A stretch of DNA of 64,000 nucleotides, taken from contig OZ024741.1 of assembly GCA_964016885.1 (NCBI GenBank), positions 61,008,001-61,072,000 on the forward strand, written 5' to 3'. Under the pieces are notes generated by a model. That model did not search any database. It worked only from the letters and a program-made list of their open reading frames with translations, and had not been told where the DNA came from. Below, in pieces: positions 28,109-43,244 of the stretch (the first letter of the stretch is position 1; each line of letters begins with the position of its first letter). Both the position numbers and the translations under genes were made by a program. The stretch comes from Eledone cirrhosa (Eukaryota).

Positions 28109-28317
28109 ATTTGTTCATCTCATCTCTCTCTCTCTCTCTATTTGAAACTTTTATTCTTTTACTGGTTTCAGTCATTAAACTGCAGCCATGCTGGGGCAGG
28201 GTCTTCATGTAGTCGATTATATCTATCACCAATACATAAGTTTTCAAGATTCATCTCTTTTTTGTCGAACCACTAAGTTTTCAGGACATACACACACACA
28301 CACACATGTACATACAT

Positions 28318-29097
28318 CTATTTAGGGCGGGTAAAATTCCCGAGATCCATGGACGAATGGACGAGTTCTCTCCAGCAGTTTCTGTCCTTCATCATTGCCG
28401 CCATGTCTTGCGTCTCCCAGAGACCAGTGTATGTCCTTAGGGCATCAATATATGTCATCCTCGTTTTCCCTCTTCCAGTGTGTCCGTGTAGGGTCTCCCA
28501 CAACATTGCCCTCAGTGCAGTTTCAACTCTGAATGTCGGTGAGCATGTCCAGCTAACCTCAATCTCCTCTGTGTTATTTCGAGCTGACTTTTAGGAGGCA
28601 CCCATAGAGCTCTGAGTTCTTCATCTTCAGTGTATACGGATTAATATTCAGAGCCATCCTCAGTATTCTCGTGTAACACCCATCCACCATCTAAGTGAGT
28701 CTCTTGGTCAGTGCCCAAGTCTCAGACCCGTACAGCAGCATAGACTCCACTCTAGCGACGAGGAAACGGATCGTCAGGTCTTTATGAAGGTCTGACTCCC
28801 ACACCAACCTCAAACTGTAACACGCCGCCCAGACTTTGCTCTTCCTCTCCACCACATCATCCCAAATACAGGAAATCTTCATCCAACTCTAGCGACTCCC
28901 CGCCTACATTCATAATTTTCTCTGGCTTCGTAATGTTCTCTACCAGATACTTCGTCTTACATTCATTCTCAGCCCCACACTCGTCGATACAGCCTTCACC
29001 TCCTGCATCAATTCCACTGCCACCTTCACTGTGTTTGTCACCAGAACTATGTCGTCAGCAATCTTTTCAGCCTTAACTCACCTGCTCTGAGCCAGTG

Positions 29098-29098
<1 letters not shown>
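28318..29098 (-). mobile_element. Degenerate RTE LINE copy
   Basis: Reverse complement colinear with 17735-18548; [17 protein letters not shown]. Confidence 0.9.
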
Positions 29099-29168
<70 letters not shown>

Positions 29169-29239
29169 GCACGCACACACACACACAAACACACACACAT
29201 ATGTATATATATACATACATATATATATGTGTGTGTGTG

Positions 29240-29280
<41 letters not shown>

Positions 29281-29281
29281 G

Positions 29282-29364
<83 letters not shown>

Positions 29365-31260
29365 GGTTGTGTAGACATGGTTGCGCGTAGTTCCTGGCAG
29401 TGTTATGTAAATGAGAACTGAATGGGAAGTTAGACGTGATGTGAGGGGAGTGAGCTATAGGGAGGTGGAAGAAAGAAATGGTTGGAACAAATAAGCGAGA
29501 TTAAACTTGTTAAAACGGTAAACGTTTTGTGATTTATTGTTCGTTTATGTGAGAATAGAGGTGTATATAAGAGTGGGTGTATGTGTGAGTTAGGATTAGA
29601 AGAAAAATAGTTTTAAAGGATTTAAAAGACTTAAAGGATTAAATTATAACTAGGATTAGTATATCTATCGTGAGTGGATACGTGGTTGCTGTCTACGAGC
29701 TTTGTTGCTGGGTTAGTATGGATTAGTTAGTATGGGTTAGGGTTATTGCTGTCAGATCTCAAATCCTTCGTCAAACTCTGTTGTTCATGTTTGGTAAATT
29801 CTATACCCGTCAGAGTATGTATACATGTGTTTTCAGCTGTTCAGATCACTCCAACGGTTCAGAGTGGGTTATCGCTTCCTAATAACAAGTCAACGTAGAC
29901 CCATTTTCTTTTATCTTTGTCTTTGTCTCTCTCACTCTCTCTCTCTATCTCTATCTCTCTCTCTATCTCTATCTACCTATCTATCTATCTATCTACATCT
30001 TTATTTCTGTGGCATTTTCTTTCTCTTTCTTCCTTCTCATTTTTTTGGGTCTGTCCTTGATGTTTTCTTGATAACCTTGGAGATATTTCTCTTTCGCCTT
30101 TGTTTTTGGCCCTTGAGTTGTTATGGTTGCTGCTAGAACTAAGGTTGGTGTTGGTATAAGGCTGCTTTTAACCCCTTCTTTTTGCCCGCAAACAATATCA
30201 TGTAACATAGCCACATATCCATAGCCACATTAGAAACATAGAAACATAGCCATATATCCATAGCCACATTTCCAGAAGTTGGTATCCTTGGGTTCTACTA
30301 GGGTGGTTTCGTCTCAGCTGTCCACGGGTTTCTGCAGTTTCCGTCTAGCAAATTCCACTCCCAAAGCATTGTTCAAACGGAAGCTATATTAGAAGGCACT
30401 TCCCCAAGGAGCTTTACAGAACCACATGGCTCTGAAGCGAACCTCTTAACGACATCCATACCCGTGTCAGTGGAAATGAGGAGAATATATACACAGCGGA
30501 GACTATAGTGTACCTTTGTACATGAGAAGAATAACGTAAAATATGTGTGAAAGAGTTTATCATTTTGGAATAGTTTAAATTGAAGGATACATGATAGACG
30601 ACAGCGTACGCCCAGTCCGCAACTATACACCAGTATCCAATAGATACATTATCATGCATGTAACTGCAATACCATAGAACACTACAATGATACAAGTCTA
30701 TGCACCAACGCTTGATTATGACGTTGATTCCTAACCGACAACATTAAGGAAGCACCTCATGAATCAGCTCTAGAAGGAAAAGGTATCCATGGATCACTGA
30801 TGACAACTTGGGTCTATATGATTTAAGACTTGACTTGAGGAAGACTACGGAAAAACCGACGAAACACAGGATAGCCACATCTCATCAGTCGACCGCTGGA
30901 AATACGTTGTTTCTGTGCTTTAAGATCGATGCAATTGGCTCCAGTGCACCTGGGACTGTAAACAATGAACGCAAGACAAATAAAATAAAATTTGTTAGAA
31001 ACCAATGTGCTGCAACTGCAAAGAAGAGATAAGACAAACCCAACAAATTAACCAAAAAGAGAAAGTTTGTGCAGAAGGTGAAGCTAAAAGAGAAGGAAAT
31101 ATACACAAATTAATAAAAATTTAGTTCATTTAGATATTATCCCTATAAAGACACAACGAGAATAGGGTGAGAGAGAGAGAGAGTAAGTGAAAAAAGGAGG
31201 AGTAGAGAAAACAGAGAACGCAGGTGTGTGTGTGTATGTTTGTGTGTGTGTGTATGTGTA

Positions 31261-31349
<89 letters not shown>

Positions 31350-32159
31350 ATGAGCAAGTTTGACCGTCAAATACATATATCTGTAATTTTTGACAGTCCA
31401 TATACGTAAATAATACACCCCGAAAACGAAGCCAACAATAAACAAAACACCTAGTAGATAAGACCATCGGATTCTAAACTCGTAAATAACACATTCATAA
31501 AAACAAAGCTAATCATGAAGTAAATGTTTACACTAGAACCAAGACATCTTCCATAAACCCTACCTCAGACATCATCCATATTTCCCAACCCCTAGCCCAC
31601 TGAGCAAGACACTTTATTTCACGTTGCTCCTTCTACCTGGAGATGCGACCGATAGATAGTATTAGCAACTGGAAAGACCAACGATTTGACGAAAGTCGAT
31701 AGATCCTTTTTTTTTTTTTAGCCCACTCTAAATATAAGTATGGGGAGACGGACGTTTTAAAGCTGCAGCTGTTATATTACGCACTTTCTGTATAAGAATA
31801 AACATTAAATAATATTAATTATTATCTGCAGTTACTATGACCCCATTACATAATACTCTACATAGACATGACTAACAGATAAATGTATTTAAACGCTGTA
31901 ATGCTATCCTGCCTAACAAACCGACATCTGTACATTTGTCTTTAGTCCCAAATAAACCCAACCAGAAGCATTTAAATTGCAAATACTTAATAAATATATA
32001 AAACATAACGTACTTTAAAAACTAAATCTAGAAAACGTGTGAAAAAATAAAACAAAGAAATTCGAAACTCCTATACTTGACCAACAATGAAGTCTCATTA
32101 TTTGTGTCAGTGGGTATGTAATAAGTTACAATATAGGTGAATATGGCTACACGTTTTAT

Positions 32160-32400
32160 AAATCACTTCTATAATGTACTATCACTTCTAGAGCGCACTA
32201 CTACTAATGTACTTCTATAATGTACTTCTATAACGTACTATAATGTACTTCTAATAACGACTACTAGTATAAACTCTATAGATAAAGAACACAACCACAA
32301 AATACTATAGAAGTGTTAGTACATTAGTAATAGTAACACTATAGAAGTGATAGTACATTATTGAAGTGATAGTACATTATAGAAGTGATAGTACATTATA
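32160..32400. repeat. ~20-bp minisatellite in two opposed blocks
   Basis: aatgtactatcacttcta variants at 32160-32255 vs atagaagtgatagtacatt repeats at 32305-32400. Confidence 0.75.
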
Positions 32401-32724
32401 TAAATTAATTCAGTAAATCAGATCAGAAGTAATGAATTCGTTTTCCTCTAATAAATCGGCCTCTTGGGGTAGAATGGCAGAGGCAATGGTTATTGCTGTT
32501 TGTTCGGGGCAATACTTTCGCCATCTTGTCTGCTGTGGGTGGGCAGCAGAGATACAGCGCTCAGACATGAGTGTAGAGTTTACCGCCCCCTTTCCTCTCC
32601 CCCTTTTTTTATTGTATAATTTTTTCACTTCCTTTTTCTTTTTTCTCGCTTTCTGTTAAGTATTTTAATCCACTTTTTAAATACTTTCATCACAGTATAC
32701 TTCTGTTTGTTTTAAAAGAGAAAA

Positions 32725-32918
32725 TAATGGTTTCTTATATAGGCACAAGGCCAGCAATTTCGGGGGGAGGGGGAAAGTCGATTAAATCTACCCCAGTACG
32801 TCACTCTTACTTTATTTTATCGACCCCGTAAGGATGAAAGGCAAAGTTAACCTCAGCGGGATTTGAATTCAGATCATAAAGGGCCGTAACTCTATACTTC
32901 CGATACTGCCAATCCACC
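32725..32918 (-). mobile_element. tRNA-derived SINE, family A
   Basis: Reverse-complement core tcgaccccgtaaggatgaaaggcaaag. Confidence 0.8.
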
Positions 32919-33500
32919 AGTAATATCACAAGGATTGGAGACGGGGAATTATGTCGAAAATATAAATCATTTCTAAAACAGAAATCATATGAATTGGCAA
33001 CTTTCAAGTAGAATTGAATCCAAGAACATCAAAATTTATTAGCGATGAATCCATATCATAGAAAATATGAAACCCGATAATTCTGTAATGAACACAATAT
33101 GAAAAGAACTTGAAATAATTGATATTTCAATACCTGGGGACACTAAATTTTAAAGAAGAGAAGAAAACTTATAGATAGTATCCAGATTAAAAGATTGCTT
33201 GATATAGAGACACTAAATTTGAGAAACGTAATACGAAGAGTGATATGATCTTTTATAGGCTAAACATATTATTAACTTAAATAATTATCAAAATTAGAAA
33301 ATAATATAGCCGAGAGGACAGCGTATAAAGTTAAGATGACTGCTAAAGGTTAAGTAAAAACTAGGAATGGACCTACATCAGTTTAGATGATGACTGTTGC
33401 AGTTTTTCGATCAACGAAATTGCCTATTCATGAAATTAACGTGTGATTGGTTGAACATTTCTCTGCCACGTGTACCTTTAACATAATTCTCTCACTATCC

Positions 33501-33579
<79 letters not shown>

Positions 33580-33599
33580 TATTTATATATACATATATT

Positions 33600-33630
<31 letters not shown>

Positions 33631-33641
33631 ATACATATATT

Positions 33642-33775
<134 letters not shown>

Positions 33776-33778
33776 GAC

Positions 33779-33827
<49 letters not shown>

Positions 33828-34067
33828 GGCCGACCATCAAAGAAGCAATATCATGCGTTCGGCTGTCCTTCTGTATCAAGAAAAGAAAATCTGTTTTCCT
33901 GGAAATTATTAGATTTTTTCAAACTTAAAGGTTTCTTAGGAACTTTCAATGTTTATTTTAGGTTTTGCGGTCTGAAGAGATCAGGCTATTATAATTGATA
34001 GTCCTCAGTGAAATATATATTAAGGAGTTTTAAATACACCTGAATCAACTGAATATGGCTTCCGATC

Positions 34068-34115
<48 letters not shown>

Positions 34116-34408
34116 AGGAGTTGACGGACCCAGCATCTTTATCAATGCCAGGATTGGTTGTATCTCAGCGTACCCCATGGGCAATGTAAGGTACATTCTC
34201 AGAGTATACACATAGTTATTCGCTTCAATACAACACACGTAAAACGGATGCCTATAATAGTTCCCGGACTCGAGTTTCGGCCGCACTAATGCAGCAGTAA
34301 GGTGCACTGCACCATCCGTCTGCATATATCATGCAACAATGCACAATCGGCTTATGCCGCTTCATCACCGGGTATCGCCTAATCAATAACCAATCGATCG
34401 ACAGAATC

Positions 34409-34439
<31 letters not shown>

Positions 34440-34454
<15 letters not shown>

Positions 34455-35200
34455 CAATATGACAACGAAGACATACCACGGAGAAACGCAAAGACACGCG
34501 TTTTGTTGAGCGAACTCAAGCTATTCAACTTGTAGTATTTCAAAGAAAAAGTGAACTTCCGGTAGGAGAAAACATAGGAGTGCTCTTGATTTTAAGGGAA
34601 GGAATTTACAGTAAAGTGAATTACAGATATGTTATTTACCGTATGTTAACTCTAAAAAGGGGGAGAACCCTATGATAGATGTTAGATGACAGAAAATTAA
34701 CAATTAAAACATATGAAAGTTCAAGTGGGCCATCTTTGCCAAAGGTACTTAGAAGCATGAGGACATAGATTAAATAAATCCATATGGCTATTCACTGATC
34801 TCTTGTCTGTGGAAAGGTCATTTTGTGGATAAACCACCTTTCGTCGGAGCATAAATTGCAGATATCCGATCTGTCTATATAGGGTTTAGATATTTCGAAT
34901 AATTTCCATTTCGTGAAGACATTTTTACCCATTTCCTTGAGTTTCCTTGGGTTGCCAGTTTCGATATATGCATCTTGTCCGCGTGTCAGAAATTCATTTA
35001 ATGATTAAGGAAATGGTTTTCAATCGACTCTCCGACATGCCTACATATGATTCAGGTTTATTTCTGATGATAGTGATTTGATTATGTGACTTCATCTTCA
35101 TATATTATAGCTGGGTGTTAACCGTTGATCAAGCGAGCAAGTATCTAGCTTTTTACATGAGCATTCATAGGTTTTCAGGCCCTGGTGTTTATCTAAGAGG
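34440..35200 (-). pseudogene. Degenerate PLE GIY-YIG plus 3' tail
   Basis: Minus-strand, frameshifted SYVGMSESRLKT...HADKMHISKLA...KWKLFEISKPYIDRSDICNLCSDERWFI; eroded HHR at ~34490-34535; diverged opposite-strand arm at 35260-35630. Confidence 0.7.
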
Positions 35201-38200
35201 CGGAATTTCATATTTCTTGTGCAGAAATATCCTATTTTAATCGTGCCCCGGTTAAAAGTCTGGAGGTATTTATGTTCATCCTCAAAAACCTTTCCACCAA
35301 CATGAGATCTCTAAACTCCCCACTGGATTATTCTAATTGATGTCTTCATGCTTCTATGTACCTTTGGAAAAGATAGCCTACTTGAAGTTACATATTTTCT
35401 TAATTATCAATTTTTTCATCTAACATCTACCCCTTTATAGAGTTGCCTCCCATTATACGGCAAATAACTTATCTGTACTTTACTCCTCTGTCCATTACTC
35501 CCCCTAAAACTCACAACTCTCCCATGTGTTCTCCTACCAGAAGTTCTGCTTATCTTTGAAACACTACAATTTGAATAAGCTGTGTGTGTGTACGCGCATC
35601 GAAATTTCGTAAACAAGCCATTGGAGGGTCCAGTGAGTTGAAATTCATGGGAAGTGCAGAAAATATCGAACGCAGAAAATTACTGTTGACACAATCGATT
35701 GCTATTAATAATAGGTTGAGAAATGCAGTAAAATACCCGTATAGATGGAAAAGGTGACGAGTTGCCGTTATTGGACGTTGCGTATCGAATAGAATATACA
35801 TGTGTGTGTGAAGTTCATTTCGAATACCATTCGGTCTCAGGTTCGATCAAAGGAATTTTACCACAGATTAGATCAAACCATGACTTTTGAATGACATTGG
35901 GAAGAATTGTGTTCTGTGAATTTAAAGATTTCTTTCCCAGCCTCAGTTTATTTCAAAATCACGAAGTTTGGAAAATCCAAAACTTTTGATAACAAGTTTG
36001 ATATTATAAATTATTTGTAATAACAACAGATTCCGAAAACATAAAAGAAATAATGAAAAACGCAATTTAAAAAAACAACAACAGACAGGACGATAGTTTG
36101 ATCAATTCATGTATTCCAGTATTGCTTATTTCTCTAGAGAGGGATTTACTAAATGCAACACTCATTCATCTGAAGACCTTCTCATTTTATCACAGACTCA
36201 GACAACTCTTATATTACAACTCAGCTATTATACTAGCGAATAATCAAATCAAAATCTATCTGAGATTTCCCTCTGCTCTGTTTTGGAAAACATAATAAGG
36301 CGTTTGCCAATTCTGCGTCAAGAAATCTGAACAGCTAAATGAGAAACTATCCTCATTTGTTCAACCACACGCATAGAAAAAAAATAACACAAAAGCAAAA
36401 ACATACTTGACATATGAGCGTAGCCAGATTGTAACATGAGCGACCAGCAAGCTGTTTTCTTTGACATTATTGAAATATATATGATGCTCCTTGAACAGAA
36501 ATGGCTTTCCCATGGTAAAAATCTTTAGAAGGACATAAATAATATTATATGAGCTGACAACGAGTAATAGCATAAAATGTCTATTTAACTGATTAGTGTT
36601 ATTCAATTTAATTTTGATTCGATTATACATACAAATAAATGCTCCCGGTTCTATATTTATTATCAGTGATTACATACGCTCTATTTGATTGATATATCAA
36701 TGTTTTATTCAAGTCGTTATGAATCCTTATATGTTTAAATTTCCCATGTGGTCAAAACTAGCGAGCAAGCAAAATGAGATTTGAGGTAAGATTAACTTCA
36801 AGTATGTCCGGAACTAATGTTTTTTATTTATTTATTTATTCTGATAATGACGTCAAACTCTACAGTAATAATCTCTGCAATTATATCTTGATTGATCAAG
36901 TTGGTTTTTATTGGAAATATTAATTGGAATGACTGCCCCAGTGATATAACAAAACTTAAACAAGCAGTATGTTATATCGGACATTTCGTAAAGGAAATCA
37001 TTTCATTTTGATTAGATACAAGCGTTATATATATTAAGCGTTGGGCCTACGTCGATTTCAAAAATGTAACCAAGCGGACAGCGTATACAATTAAGAAGAC
37101 TGCTAAAGGTTAAGCTAAAATACAGAATGGAACTTTATCGGATTTGATGATGGCTTTCGTAGCTGTTCGATAAATTAACGTGTAATTGGCTGAGCATGCC
37201 TCAGGCACGTGTATCATTAACGTAATACTCAGTGAAGTTCAACGTGTCACAATATGACAATGCTGGCCCTTTCAATTATGACTAGAATCCATACGAAGAG
37301 CTTCCAAACAGTTTCCTTCTGTCCAATGCCATTCACAAGTCATGGTTTCATCTAATCTGTGGTAAATAACATATGCCCAATATGTCACGTAGTGGGATCG
37401 AACCTGAGACCGAATGATTGTGAAACGAACCTCTTAACATTTCAGCCAGGATCTGTCCACTATATATTATATGGTTGACTATGATAAGAGAAATTCCATC
37501 AAAGATGGATCGAAACCGCATCGCTGTTTTCATGGCCTTCTCTTTAGATTACTTCCCACCGTTATGATAAGGATTTCTACACTAAAAAGATGGCCCCAGG
37601 TTTTACAAGAAGGGGCGGACAATTGAATTGATCCCTAGCCTTGTGAGTAAAATTGAAGAGACGGAAACTGTTTGGAAGCCGGTCGGATGAACTATAGTTA
37701 TAATTCAAATGACTAACTTTGTCACATACTGACGCACTGAATTTCCCTGAGATTTATGTCAAAGATACACGTATTTGTAGAATGCTCAGCACGTTAATTC
37801 GTATGCCTCTTCGAGAACTTAGAATAGTCGTCGTTGAAAACGAGTGATACACATTCCATTCTGTGATATTTTTTCATTAATTATATTAAAGTGAGGCATG
37901 GCCGAATGGTCAGGAGGTTCGTTTCAAGATCATTAGGGTTCGATACCACTGCCTGACATCTTGGCAAAGTTAGGTAGACGGAAGCTGTTTTGAACGCCGT
38001 CAGATTGACTGTACCTGTAATTGAAAAGCCAGTCTTGAATTATATTAAATATACATGCATTCGTTGAATGCTCAGCCACTTGCACGTTAATTCCATCAGC
38101 AAACTGTTCCGTTGTTTGAACCACTAGGAATTTCATCGTCGATATCGATTGAGGTCCATTCCATTCTATTTCGTTGACTAATTATCTTAAAGTGAGAATA

Positions 38201-38726
38201 TGCATGTTATCTATTTTGATAGCGAGTATGACTTAACTGTTAGTCCGTATTTCTATTTCATAATTATTATATAGATCAAGTATGTTTTCTACTTTCAACT
38301 GTTATGTGATTGATGAGAGGATATTATAATCTCTGTAGTGTGTTCAAATACATTGGAGGTTTTTTTTCCTGGTTCTTTCTTAAAGAAACTAAGAAACATC
38401 CGTTGAAAATGTAAACAATAAAACTGAAATTTAAAATCATTCGTGAAGTTCTTCTTTGAACTATAGTTTTAATGGAAATCTCTTGTTATATTTACATGAA
38501 ATCTTTTGCCTTCAACAAGCATACGTAATTATGTTGAAGGAAATGATGAATGAGGTGTTGAAAACCGATCTGTCATTCTCAAATACATCGATCCAGAACC
38601 ATACAGAAGTAGGTAAAATGTATACCTAAAGTATTATTTTCTTTTCTTTTTTCAGAACTACTATCATTGCGAACGTTTAACCTATTCCAAGTAACAGCCA
38701 AAATAAGAAAGTGATATATCGACGAG

Positions 38727-38907
38727 GTGGCTCGATCTATTAGAAATAGCAACCAAATCTCCCCTAAATCACACTACACCATCTTGAAAAAATGCAATTA
38801 ATGGATAATGATGATGAGAGATTATTATCGATTTCGAGGATAAGCATTCAGATGGTCAATCAACTCAACGTCCGACTTATGAATTAAAGTGTAAGGGGTT
38901 GAATATT
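38727..38907 (+). repeat. ~180-bp composite repeat with an inverted copy at 41969-42157
   Basis: tagaaatagcaaccaaatctcccc...ggggttgaatatt matches the reverse complement at 42 kb. Confidence 0.8.
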
Positions 38908-40434
38908 CCTCAAACATATGTACCTTGACGTGTAAAGAAGTCTTTGAATTATGAGGACAATCTACTCGACAAGCTTCCAAACAGATTCCATCTACCCAAT
39001 TTCATTCACAAGACTTTGGTCAACTCGAGGCTGTGGTAAATAACACTTATATAAGATACAGCGTGGTGGCATTGAATTTCAGACCTAATGAACGCTAAGT
39101 GAATTCTTTAACTACTCGGCCATGTCACATCCATGATGTAATTAGTCGCAAATGTTCAAAACATATTTTGTTCTTAATTAAACAAAAACAAACAGAGAAA
39201 AAAATTATTTTCAAAATACACAATGGAGTTTTAGGAGTTAGAGACTATATTTCTCATGAGAATTGCAGTCATGTAATAAACAGAGACCAGAACAGAATAA
39301 TGGATGATGATAAAGAAACAAATGAAAGTAAAGAAACAGAAGAAAATTATGTTAGACAAAAGAAAAATGGATTAAAAATTTACTATTATAGAAACCTGGG
39401 TAAATGTGAATATTTCAGCTCAGCTATTGTAATGAAAACAATATCTCAATAAGAATAAGAATAATAAAACGACAAATTTCTGTAAGAAATATTTAAAAAA
39501 AAATAAATGAGTGTGCATTGTGAAAGTCAACCTATGGAAGAACACAATAGAAACACCAGTAGCGTTGTTTCCAACATATATCACAACAATGGAATCTAGA
39601 ATTGAGAATCAATCGGCACACTGTTCTATTATCAATTAAATTAAACTAAATCTAAGATACAATTCAGTTGAAGTAAAAATCTAGAGAAATTTTTAAGACG
39701 TATTTCAGTCGCCTACTAAGTAATCCAATCTTTACACGACATTTCCTCCTTTTGAAATTATATTTCCGGTTTAAAATTATAAAGAACCGGAAGTGAACGA
39801 GGAAATGAATGTACCACGTTTGTTTCCATAATAAATGTATTGATAAAGCAATTAAGGAAACATATAGGTGGTGCTAATGTGTGCGTGTGTGTGAGAGAGT
39901 GTGTGTATGTGTATGTGCATGTGTGTATGCACATATATATATATATATGGTATGATATGTATATATACATACATATGTGTGTATAGCATATATATATATA
40001 TATATGTATGTGTGTATGTGCGTTTGCATGCATTTTGTGTATATATTCATCCATAAATGTGTGTGCTATATCATATGTGTATGTTCTACCTTGAACTCAG
40101 CATAAAATGTAGGAACTGTAGCCACACTGATAAATGCACTCATATAAAACACAAAACATACACACACGCCCACACACGCATTTAAGCAGCTGCATATTTC
40201 ATGTAAAACGTCAACCACGCAGGAATGGAGATGGTTAAAGTGTGTGTATGAAAGAGAAAGTGTGTGTAGAGAGAGAAGTGATGGTTGTCACGCGCCTTCT
40301 TAATAACCTAAGGTAGATAATGATATACGATAAAATCGTCATTCATGGACAAAATAGTGAACTTAGTAATTTAAGAAAATGAAATCAATATATCAAAAGG
40401 AAAGGATAATTTACAATTCATATACAGGATACTG

Positions 40435-40757
40435 AAGGCATGTGGCTTAGTGGTTAGAGCGTTAAGCTTACAATTGTGAAGTCGTGACAGAGTGGTGCGC
40501 TGTGACCTTGAGCAAGACACTTTATTTTGCGTTACTCCAGTTCACTCAGAGAAAATTAGTTGCGACGTCACTGGTGCCAAGCTGTATCGGCGTTTGCCTT
40601 TCCCTTGGACAACATCGGTGGCATGGAGAGTGGAGAGGCACTGGCGACAGATGGTTTTCATAAAAACATCTTACCCGGGCTTGTGACTCAGATATAAATA
40701 TTCTAGGTACGAATCCCATGATTATTCGTGACCGAAGGGGGGGGGGTCTTTCCCATT
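40435..40757 (+). mobile_element. tRNA-derived SINE, family B
   Basis: A-box tggcttagtgg, ccttgagcaagacactt core; relatives at 47345-47460 and 47510-47820. Confidence 0.7.
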
Positions 40758-41177
40758 TTACAGTGTATTTATAAAGTGCCCCTGCATCTTTAAATGTCAA
40801 TAACTTTAGGTGTATATATTATAGGAATACACAGTAAATTGTATATCAAAGATTGATTTATACCAATGTCATGAACTTTTCATAATTCGTGATAAATCGT
40901 GTTCAGTGGTTTTATAACTAATTGAAAGCATTTTCTAGTTGCTAATTAGTCATAACAAACTATAATCAATTTCAAAGCTACACAAATAAAGCTTATTAGT
41001 ATAAAATGTTTTTAATTAAACATACAGTATGTTATCAAATATATATCGCTATTTCAGAGCACCAATACTGATACCTTATTTTTGGTGGACCGGCAACAGC
41101 TTTTAAACATTACTAGAATTCTATAAGAATCCAGCTTGTATAATTCTCGGCAGAAGCGAAGGGGTAAGTAGTCTTGA

Positions 41178-41213
41178 TAACCGCTGACGAACGAGAAACA
41201 GGACTGTCGATTA
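41178..41213 (+). ncRNA. Hammerhead-like motif with stem II reduced to 4 nt
   Basis: CTGACGA-acga-GAAA-cag(ga)ctg-TC; enclosed by inverted repeat 41143-41167 / 41211-41238. Confidence 0.5.
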
Positions 41214-41338
41214 CTCCCCTTTGTTTTTTGCCGAGAATAAGTAAATGACATAGTCACTACTTTAAAATTCATAGCGAATGGTCTTCATAAGGTTTTTAAT
41301 TAGACATACAGTATATTGTCAAATATACTATACATACA

Positions 41339-41391
<53 letters not shown>

Positions 41392-41422
41392 CTACATAAA
41401 CAAATATACATAAACAAATATA

Positions 41423-41454
<32 letters not shown>

Positions 41455-43244
41455 AACAAATTAACTCGAAAATAGTGTTTTGAGGCGTGAGTGTATTAGG
41501 ATTCTCAGGAAAGCGGGAAAGCAAAATGCCGTCGAAGTGGCGTTGGGTAAAATATTACCTCGAAGAACAGAGATCAGCGGCTCGAAGGAAGGAAGAGAAG
41601 ATAGGAAGGAGGAAAAAGAATGGATGAAAGCGAACAAGTCACAAACACTAAAATATGCTCATCGGATCTCAACTGCCTGCAGTTTCGACGAATTAATGAG
41701 ATTACTACGGAGAATGGGAGGCTCGTTTTCCTGAGAATATATATAGATATATAAAAGTCTAAAGTCTGTCTTAAGCCAGAAGGCTCATTTGGCCGGTGCT
41801 TATCCCGGTTTCATGGCGTCAAGCGACTGAGAGTACAAGACTCCCCCCCCCCTGGACAGGACGCCAGTTATTGCTGGTACTCATTTTCAGCTGAGTATAC
41901 TGGAGCAACCTACGACATTATGATCGTAAGTCCAACACCCTACCATAAGGCCACGTGCCTCCAGAGAAATACTCAACCCCTTGCACTTTAATTCACATGT
42001 CGGACGTTGAGTTGATTGAACATCTGAATGCTTATCCTCGAAATCGATAATAATTTCTCATCATCATTATCCATTAATACGTGTCTTTACATTTTTTAAG
42101 ATGGTGTAATGTGATTTGGGGGAGATTTGGTTGCTATTTCTAACAGATCGAGCTACTTCTTTTATATATATATATAGTATAACCTACCTCCCTTATGTCC
42201 ACTCACTCTCCCGGGACAAGCTGGTGACCAGCAGAAACCCTCTACCCCTAGTAGAACACCACATTCTTTCATGTCCTATCATGCACAGCCCTACCACATT
42301 CACACCACACACAGCAACTCCGCCTCACCACGTACACGCCGACATTCTAAGGCAAACCAAAACACTACACCCCGCAACTCACATCAACCATCGCTCCCCA
42401 CCATATGGTGGTCAATTTATGTTGTTATGAATGCGATACGCAGGACATTTATATGCTTTATATATTCATTCTGTCATTACAACAGCAGAGGTCGGGCCAG
42501 ATCAATACAGATCGAACCTTGAGCTGATCAATAGCGAAACGCGCGTCACCAATCAATCTTAACTATAATAAAGAAAGGAGTGCGGGACTGCGTCCAGAAT
42601 ATATTTTTTTACCTCGTTTGTAATATAAGTTGGATTACTTTGAATAAACAATTAATGAATATTACATAATTTATGTTCTAAATTTCGTGGCTGTTGATTA
42701 AATATATTTTATATCTTAATTAAGGATTCACTTCTTTAAAATGTTCAAATGTCAACACTTCCGGTTAGCGGCCGTTATATTATAATACTTATAAAAATAC
42801 CGCATATATTTCCGTCGCTAATTTTATCCTAATGCAGTTTATATATAATATCGTCTTTTTTTAAATCTATCATGGATTACTTTCCTGATTACAGAAGACA
42901 GTGTAACATAGACTTCATTCAATTTCTGCGTATATTGTCAATTACGATTTTATTTGATGTATCATATCTACATGCATCTATTTTTGCGTATAATATCAAT
43001 ATACACATTAAACATGCTAGCAGAAAACCACCCGAAGGATGGTTTTTCTGCAAGTAAACGTAATGAAAGCTTAACAAATTGTCTTTGTATATATATATAT
43101 GTATATATATATAGTATTTACGTATCGAGAAAGAGAAAAAAAGGGGGGATAGGTGATACATATAGTTATTTGCCAAGTAGCGTATGCCAAAGGTGCTCGA
43201 TACTAGTGCCGGCAGTATTAAATATTCGAAGTGTTAATATTTAG

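Noticed and set aside
29780-29900. Possible PLE C-terminal remnant LVIRKR*PTLNR on the minus strand (similar hints at 7180-7400 and 57660-57730)
   Set aside because: Too short and degenerate to support without alignment
30790-30895. Additional CTGATGA/GAAAC pairs (also ~622-712, 13945-13995, 31637-31705, 41665-41740, 52805-52860, 60130-60205, 61110-61160)
   Set aside because: Core or stems too incomplete to call as hammerheads by eye, though some may be eroded copies
36847-37110. Selenoprotein reading of in-frame TGA codons (also the TGA at 54629)
   Set aside because: No SECIS identified; ordinary pseudogene decay explains the stops, and the CRE copy has many other lesions
39099-39452. 117-aa A-rich ORF
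   Set aside because: Non-ATG start inside a repeat, no recognisable motif, compatible with chance
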